Shown: in pieces, positions 58,349 through 64,000 of the stretch | Layout: every line of letters begins with the position of its first letter | Position numbering within the stretch: the stretch's first letter is position 1 | Source of the DNA: an uncultured delta proteobacterium | GTDB taxonomy: Bacteria; Desulfobacterota; Binatia; Binatales; Binataceae | Assembly: GCA_963808235.1 (NCBI GenBank) | Contig: CAWEEQ010000004.1 | Coordinates: forward strand, 2,432,001 to 2,496,000 | DNA length: 64,000 nt | Direction of reading: 5' to 3' | Notes under the pieces: model-generated | The model's database searches: none | Told to the model about the DNA's origin: nothing | What the model saw: the letters and a program-made list of their open reading frames with translations, nothing else | Made by a program: the position numbers and the translations under genes

Positions 58349-58708
58349 CTAAGGGTTATAGTCTTCGAACTCCCAATGTCCAAGTCGTCCGAGTTTTTCA
58401 GCGATCTCGGGCCATGTATCGCCCTCGCATTTGGCCGCAAAGTCTTCGAGAAATCGCTTAATCCTTCGGAAATCGTACTTCAACACGATCAGGAAATGCC
58501 TTCCTATGAGAATACCACTTCCCCGTTGCGCTAAGTCTTCCAACCAGGCCGCTGTGCACACGGTAAGATCGAATAAGTCCTCGCCGGCCTGTCCTTCGGC
58601 GCCGAAGTGGGCTGTGACACCAATTCCGAAGCACTCAGAAATACTTGGAACAAAAGACTCTAAATCGGGAACTAAGGTACTATCTAGTTTCCTGAGGACA
58701 GCTTTCAC
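58349..58708 (-). CDS. Imm8-family immunity protein
   Basis: MKA.L..L.S...DL...P...CF...G..G..G.D.FD.TVCT..WL...GRH.LIV..YD...WPEIAEKLGRLGHWEFEDY. Confidence 0.85.
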   Translation of the reverse strand: MKAVLRKLDSTLVPDLESFVPSISECFGIGVTAHFGAEGQAGEDLFDLTVCTAAWLEDLAQRGSGILIGRHFLIVLKYDFRRIKRFLEDFAAKCEGDTWPEIAEKLGRLGHWEFEDYNP

Positions 58709-58729
58709 CGGAATTCGTCCGTTAAATTT

Positions 58730-59019
58730 CACGGGAGGAAAATAGACATCGAGATGACCATTATTACTGTACCTTCCGTTTGGTCTCGGTCCGCTCTCAA
58801 AGTTAGCTTGATATCTGCTACTACCTGCCTTCCACGTGGGCAAGCGGAACTGACGATTCGGCAAGCCTGTAAGGGGATCTTTATCATGACCAAGTAGCAC
58901 ATATCCCGTCTGCGAAACGCTAAATCCTGGCGTTTGCTTCTTGCTGGGGCGGGGATACTTCTGACCAGTTTACCAAGCGTGCATCGCTTTCCCTAGTTTT
59001 TTAGGCCTTTGATCAGCCG
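58730..59019 (-). pseudogene. Orphan polymorphic toxin tip (RQFR.P...QANFE...NGHL), disrupted
   Basis: In-frame TAA at 58970-58972; no start or Rhs core; directly upstream of Imm8. Confidence 0.6.
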
Positions 59020-59520
59020 CTAGAACGCGATCGCGAATCGAGCACAAGGAATGTTGTGTAGTTCTGCGTAAAGGTCGAGGAGGCGATCAACCAGAAACTC
59101 AAGCGATATATCCTCCTCGCGGCGCGGAACATCGTACCCCTCGGACCACGTTTCTGTGTACAGCGAGAGCCCTCTGAAGTCCATCAGTCGCGCGGACTTA
59201 AGGAAGGTTTCAACCCTCTTAAGCCTTTCTCGTATCACGCGCTCCATATCTAATGGCATTACGTTAAGTGGTCCGAGGAGCTCGTCTGAGGTGTTAGAAA
59301 GCGGCGATTCAGTCAGTAGAAATGCGACGCTCTCACTTGAGAGGCCACCATCGGAACGTTTTAGGATTGCAAACACGTCTCTCTGAACGATATTAAAAGC
59401 CAATTGGACATGAATGCGCGCACGAAGCGCGGCCGCCGCAAGGCTGAAGGCCAGATTTTCCTGTTCAGGTGTCGATAACACTGCTCGAAAATAGAACTCA
59501 CCGAACAAATAGTCACTCAT
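59020..59520 (-). CDS. Putative immunity protein for the upstream Rhs toxin
   Basis: ATGA overlap with the toxin stop; atypical codon use; no recognised domain. Confidence 0.65.
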   Translation of the reverse strand: MSDYLFGEFYFRAVLSTPEQENLAFSLAAAALRARIHVQLAFNIVQRDVFAILKRSDGGLSSESVAFLLTESPLSNTSDELLGPLNVMPLDMERVIRERLKRVETFLKSARLMDFRGLSLYTETWSEGYDVPRREEDISLEFLVDRLLDLYAELHNIPCARFAIAF

Positions 59521-60392
59521 GGTTGTCCTTTACAAGGAGGGTTGGGATCGTAGCCTTCCTTTAAGGGCGAGACCGACTCCGGTATCATAGGCATCCCGTT
59601 CGGGAAGAATCCTAAGGTGTGCTCGTGGGGGCCGTTGATACCGTGACCCGGTTCGAAATCCTGTCGACAGAACGGATGACCATTTTCGTCATAGAACGTC
59701 CGCGACTTGAGAAAATCAAAAGGGTCTGTTTGTTCATATATCGAGTGGGGCCGAGCAGTCAAAGGTGCTCGGCTTGGTCCCTTGACCACTGTGGTCTCAA
59801 CTGGTGGACCTCCCTTGTAGGGCAGCGTATAGTCGAGTCCTGAATCGGGAGGGATTTCATCGGCATCATCCTCCTCGTCTACCTCGGTCTGTACACGAAC
59901 AAACGATCTGTCGACTCCCTCATCGTCCTTGCCCTCGCCGGTATTCGGCGGGTGCCGTTCCTGTCGCGGTATCGTTGGCTGCCCACTGCCGCTGAATATG
60001 CCGAATGGGTCGAGAAAATATTGAATCGAAAAGCTTCCTCCCGCTGCCGCCCCGATTAGAACGACCGTGAGATCGACGATACACTCGGGACAGTTGCCCG
60101 TCGGATCGCTTCCATTTATAGGGTCATTACCAGCATAGTTGAAAAGGTTGGCGTCACCGCCGGCAAACCCAGCTGGATCCTCGGACAGGAACCGCTGCAG
60201 GGTCGGGCTGTAATACCGGGCCATCGTGTGATATAGGCCCGACGAATCCTTCTCCATGCCCGCATAGAGAAACGGGAACGAGCTCGCCTGTCCCGTCTGC
60301 GTGGTATTCCCGTAGGGATCGTATGTGTATTGTGTCGACATTGCGCCCGTCGAATCGACCAACGCAAGTGTTGATCCGAGCCCGGATGTCAA
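59517..60392 (-). CDS. Orphan Rhs C-terminal core plus toxin domain (Ntox24-like), N-terminally truncated
   Basis: LGS...YDPYG...RYY.P..RFLSEDP...NP/DP..DPTG core; tip with TFYDENG..RQD...HG...PHEH. Confidence 0.8.
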   Translation of the reverse strand: MTSGLGSTLALVDSTGAMSTQYTYDPYGNTTQTGQASSFPFLYAGMEKDSSGLYHTMARYYSPTLQRFLSEDPAGFAGGDANLFNYAGNDPINGSDPTGNCPECIVDLTVVLIGAAAGGSFSIQYFLDPFGIFSGSGQPTIPRQERHPPNTGEGKDDEGVDRSFVRVQTEVDEEDDADEIPPDSGLDYTLPYKGGPPVETTVVKGPSRAPLTARPHSIYEQTDPFDFLKSRTFYDENGHPFCRQDFEPGHGINGPHEHTLGFFPNGMPMIPESVSPLKEGYDPNPPCKGQP

Positions 60393-60413
60393 CGCGACCT
60401 CTCCAGTTACAAG

Positions 60414-62840
60414 TTACAGGCTTACTCGCCGCAGCCTGAGCGCGTTGGCGATTACGGACACGGAGCTCAGACTCATCGCGGCGCTTGCGATTACCGGACT
60501 CAGCAGCAGGCCGAATGCCGGATAGAGAACGCCGGCGGCGACGGGTATGCCAACCACGTTGTAGAAGAACGCAAAGAAAAGATTCTGCCGGATGTTACTC
60601 ATCGTCGCCCGGCTCAAGTGCCGCGCCTTCGCGATACCGCGCAAGTCGCCCTTGACCAGCGTGATTCCCGCGCTCTCCATCGCCACGTCGGTGCCGGTGC
60701 CCATCGCGATACCAACCTGCGCCTGTGCCAGCGCGGGTGCGTCGTTGATACCGTCGCCGGCCATCGCGACGATTCGCCCCTGCGACTGCAATCGCTTCAC
60801 CACCGAGGCTTTCTGATCGGGCATCACCTCTGCCTCGACCTGGTCGATGCCGAGTTTTTTCGCGACCGCCGCCGCGGTGATTCGATTGTCGCCAGTCAAG
60901 ACGACGATCCTGACGCCGTCATCCCGGAGCATCTTGATTGCTTCCGCGGTCGACGCCTTGATTGGATCGGCAACGCCAATCAGCCCCGCTGGGCGTCCGT
61001 CGATCGCGACGAACATCACGGTGTGGCCATCTTTTCGCTGCGTGTCCGCATCGGTGGAGACTGCGTCGAACCCAACGCCGAGCTCGCGCATCATGTGCTG
61101 ATTTCCCAGCGCAACGGCGCGCCCCTCGATGCGCCCGCTGACACCCTGGCCGGTCACCGACTTGAAATCCTCGGCCGGCGCGAGCTGAAGCCCGCGCGCC
61201 TCCGCGCCCGCGACGATCGCCGCCGCCAGAGGATGCTCACTGCCGCGCTCGAGGCTTGCGGCCAGCCGCAAAACGTCGGCCTCGGTGAAACCGGCGAGCG
61301 GGGTCACTGACACCAGGCGCGGTTTTCCTTCGGTCAGAGTTCCGGTCTTATCGACGACGAGCGTGTTCACCTTCTCGAGAATCTCGAGCGCTTCGGCGTT
61401 CTTGATCAGCACGCCCGCGGTCGCGCCGCGTCCGGTGCCGACCATGATCGACATCGGAGTTGCAAGCCCGAGCGCGCATGGACACGCGATAATCAGAACC
61501 GCGACCGCGTTCACGATCGCGTAGGCCATCCGCGGCTGCGGGCCGACGATCGACCACACGATGAAGGTAATCGCAGCAGCCACTATGACTGCCGGCACAA
61601 AGTACGATGCGACCACGTCGGCAAGGCGCTGAATCGGAGCGCGGCTGCGTTGCGCCTCACTCACCATGCGCACGATCTGCGCGAGGATCGTCTCGCTCCC
61701 GACCCGCTCGGCACGCATGATGAACCCGCCAGTCCCGTTGATAGTCGCGCCAATCACACGGTCGCTCGCTTTTTTCTCGACTGGAATCGGCTCTCCGGTA
61801 ACCATCGATTCGTCAACCGAGCTGGTCCCTTCAACTACGACCCCGTCGACAGGAACTTTCTCGCCCGGCCGCACGCGCAACCGATCGTTCGGGACGACGC
61901 GATCGAGTGCGACATCCTCCTCTCGCCCGTCGAGCCTGATCACGCGCGCGGTCTTCGGCGCCAATCCGAGCAGCGCCCTGATCGCACTGCCCGTATTGCT
62001 GCGCGCGCGCAACTCCAAGACCTGGCCGAGCAGCACCAGCGCGGTGATCGCGGACGCAGCCTCGAAGTAGACCGGCACGACACCATCGGCGCCGCGGAAC
62101 GAATCGGGAAATAAATTCGGGAAGACGGCCGCGAAGAGGCTGTATCCGTACGCGACCCCAACGCCCATCGCGATCAAGGTGAACATGTTGAGGCTGCGAT
62201 TGATGATCGAATTCCAGCCGCGGACGAACAGCGGCGATCCCGCCCACATCACCGCCGGAGTCGCGAGCCCGAGCTCGATCCACGTTCGCGCCGACGCGGG
62301 CATCACGCGCTGAATCGAAAATCCCGGGATCATGTCCGACATTTCGATCAATACCAGCGGCACCGCGAGCGCCATTGCGATCCAGAAGCGCCGCGTCATA
62401 TCGGCGAGTTCCGGAGACGGCTCGTCGCCGGCGCTCACTACGCGCGGCTCGAGTGTCATTCCGCAGATCGGACAGTTGCCCGGCTCGGAGCGGACGATCT
62501 GCGGATGCATCGGGCAGACGTATTCGGTTTTCGAAACCGTCTGGATCGGCGCGACAGGTTCGAGCGCCATCCCGCACTTCGGACACGACCCAGAACCGTA
62601 CTGCCGAACCTCGGGATGCATGGGGCAGGTGTATAAAGAAGCGCTCGTCGTAACCTTCGCGGGAGCGCTGGTCTTCGCTGGCGCCGCGCGATTCAGGTAG
62701 GTGTCAGGATCGTTCTTGAATTTCTCGAGACAGCGGACGCCGCAGAAATGGTAGGTCGTGCCCTTGTATTCAAACGATCCGGCGCTCTTCGCAGGATCGA
62801 CTTGCATCCCGCAAACTGGATCGACAACTTTGCCACTCAT
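60414..62840 (-). CDS. copA: Copper-translocating P1B-type ATPase with YHS and two HMBD domains
   Basis: DPVCGM, YTCPMHP x2, [23 protein letters not shown] and MSLSS. Confidence 0.96.
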   Translation of the reverse strand: MSGKVVDPVCGMQVDPAKSAGSFEYKGTTYHFCGVRCLEKFKNDPDTYLNRAAPAKTSAPAKVTTSASLYTCPMHPEVRQYGSGSCPKCGMALEPVAPIQTVSKTEYVCPMHPQIVRSEPGNCPICGMTLEPRVVSAGDEPSPELADMTRRFWIAMALAVPLVLIEMSDMIPGFSIQRVMPASARTWIELGLATPAVMWAGSPLFVRGWNSIINRSLNMFTLIAMGVGVAYGYSLFAAVFPNLFPDSFRGADGVVPVYFEAASAITALVLLGQVLELRARSNTGSAIRALLGLAPKTARVIRLDGREEDVALDRVVPNDRLRVRPGEKVPVDGVVVEGTSSVDESMVTGEPIPVEKKASDRVIGATINGTGGFIMRAERVGSETILAQIVRMVSEAQRSRAPIQRLADVVASYFVPAVIVAAAITFIVWSIVGPQPRMAYAIVNAVAVLIIACPCALGLATPMSIMVGTGRGATAGVLIKNAEALEILEKVNTLVVDKTGTLTEGKPRLVSVTPLAGFTEADVLRLAASLERGSEHPLAAAIVAGAEARGLQLAPAEDFKSVTGQGVSGRIEGRAVALGNQHMMRELGVGFDAVSTDADTQRKDGHTVMFVAIDGRPAGLIGVADPIKASTAEAIKMLRDDGVRIVVLTGDNRITAAAVAKKLGIDQVEAEVMPDQKASVVKRLQSQGRIVAMAGDGINDAPALAQAQVGIAMGTGTDVAMESAGITLVKGDLRGIAKARHLSRATMSNIRQNLFFAFFYNVVGIPVAAGVLYPAFGLLLSPVIASAAMSLSSVSVIANALRLRRVSL

Positions 62841-62963
62841 TGGACGATCATTTTATCAGCAGCTGGCGTGCGGAGTCTCATCGGAAACGCGCGCGGTCGC
62901 GCGCTCCGGCAGCGAGCTTTCGTGGTGCGAGGTGCGGGCGTCGATGCGCTCGTTAAGCGCGGG

Positions 62964-63581
62964 TCACGCGTTCTTGCGCGCGATGATCACGGTATGCACC
63001 GACATGGGACTGATCTTCTCGTTGCGTTCGAGCGTGATCGGATGTCCCGTCAGCACATCCTTCTTGCGCAACTTCGTGGTCCATCCCAGGTGTAGCGTGA
63101 TCGGATTGACGATCGAGTTGAGCGCCGCGACGATTGGCTTGCTGCTCTGAAAATGCGTCGTGATCGCGATCCTGCCGCCCGGCTTACAGACCCGGATCAT
63201 CTCCGACATCATCCGGTTCGGATCGGGGACCACCGTCAGAACGTGGAAGCTGGTGACGTAGTCGAAGCTGTTGTCGGGAAAATCGAGGTTGAGCGCGTCT
63301 CCGATCTTGAGCTCGATATGACCCCAGTTGTTCTCGGTGACTCGCTTGGTGGCGCGCTTGAGCATGTCGGCCGATGGATCGATCGCGACGACATGTGCGT
63401 AAGGAGGATAGCCGCCGAGCGCGATTCCAGTCCCGACTCCGACCTCGAGCACGCGATTACCCGGTCTGAGATTCAGACCTTCGATAACCTCATGCTCGCG
63501 ATCGACAAAAACCCGCCCGAAGAAAAAATCGTAGAAACGAGCCAGGTCTGAATAGACGCGGCTCTGATGCGGTTCGGCCAT
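62964..63581 (-). CDS. Class I SAM methyltransferase (PmtA-like phospholipid N-methyltransferase)
   Basis: VLEVGVGTG, FPDNSFD, VVPDP...EMIRVCKPGG. Confidence 0.85.
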   Translation of the reverse strand: MAEPHQSRVYSDLARFYDFFFGRVFVDREHEVIEGLNLRPGNRVLEVGVGTGIALGGYPPYAHVVAIDPSADMLKRATKRVTENNWGHIELKIGDALNLDFPDNSFDYVTSFHVLTVVPDPNRMMSEMIRVCKPGGRIAITTHFQSSKPIVAALNSIVNPITLHLGWTTKLRKKDVLTGHPITLERNEKISPMSVHTVIIARKNA

Positions 63582-63724
63582 TGCTAGTTTTCCTTATGAT
63601 GCACTTGTTGAGGTGGCGCAGGAAATTATGGCAAGGCGTTGTTGAAAGGCAAAGACGAGCTGCGAAGTTCGCCTTCACCGCAGCCGCACTCAAACTCAAT
63701 CGCAACTGGTCTGCAGAACGATAC

Positions 63725-63919
63725 CTACGCCGCCGCGTTGATACCTCGCAACTGACGTTTGACTGAAGTTATATCTCGTTTCCGAAATCGCCACTGACGG
63801 CCCTTTTTAAAAGCCGGAATAATATTTCGGCGCGCAAATTCGTTGACGGTGTCGGGACTGAGGTCGAGTAAAAATGCGACCTCGCGGGAATTCAGTAGAA
63901 TATCGTCTTTATCGGCCAT
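63725..63919 (-). CDS. Small excisionase-like HTH DNA-binding protein
   Basis: LLNSREVAFLL...TV...IPAFKKGRQWRF; AAGGAAGG SD. Confidence 0.85.
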   Translation of the reverse strand: MADKDDILLNSREVAFLLDLSPDTVNEFARRNIIPAFKKGRQWRFRKRDITSVKRQLRGINAAA

Positions 63920-64000
63920 GTCAGTCCAACAAGACGCCTTCCTTTTGGGGATTTTGTCAGGACGCGATTTTTTAGTATGCGCGTAACGGTGATGTCAAGA

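Larger units (their letters stand above)
58237..60401 (-). mobile_element. Toxin-immunity islet bounded by an 18-bp direct repeat
   Basis: ggatgtcaacgcgacctc at 58237-58254 and 60384-60401; lower-GC interior; no recombinase. Confidence 0.7.

Noticed and set aside
58349-58900. Toxin-Imm8 fusion protein (183 aa)
   Set aside because: Removing one C in cctcccgtga gives a stop after FPP; Imm8 begins at GTG 58708
63725-63919. Prophage/ICE boundary implied by the excisionase-like HTH
   Set aside because: No integrase, att site or phage gene in the window; solo HTH proteins of this kind are common

Overview
A GC-rich bacterial chromosomal window; the gene content suggests a Ca. Binatota/Deltaproteobacteria-like MAG (inference). 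It holds about 65 CDS and no rRNA, tRNA or CRISPR array. The main blocks are: (1) lipid/xenobiotic catabolism and housekeeping genes (pfkA, beta-carbonic anhydrase, hydrolases, acyl-CoA dehydrogenase, ABC-F, greA, hbd, fadD); (2) a solitary ~1280-aa protein with degenerate REase, TPR, GreA/B-C and PIN domains; (3) a cobalamin riboswitch upstream of tonB; (4) an accessory patch with a signal-less class A beta-lactamase, an AurF-like remnant and an orphan structured non-coding element resembling an IS110 end; (5) an A1-type cytochrome c oxidase operon; (6) a planctomycete/anammox-like cytochrome b, subunit IV and octaheme cytochrome c cluster with no Rieske gene, several unannotated membrane microproteins, a cupredoxin-like protein and a 4x[4Fe-4S] ferredoxin; (7) a large NHL/ASH surface protein with an inverted paralog at the window start; and (8) a 2.1-kb orphan Rhs toxin-immunity island bounded by an 18-bp direct repeat next to copA. 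About ten apparent single-base frameshifts suggest long-read indel errors. Strand skew appears to flip at about 28-35 kb and is locally exaggerated beside REP-like hairpins.
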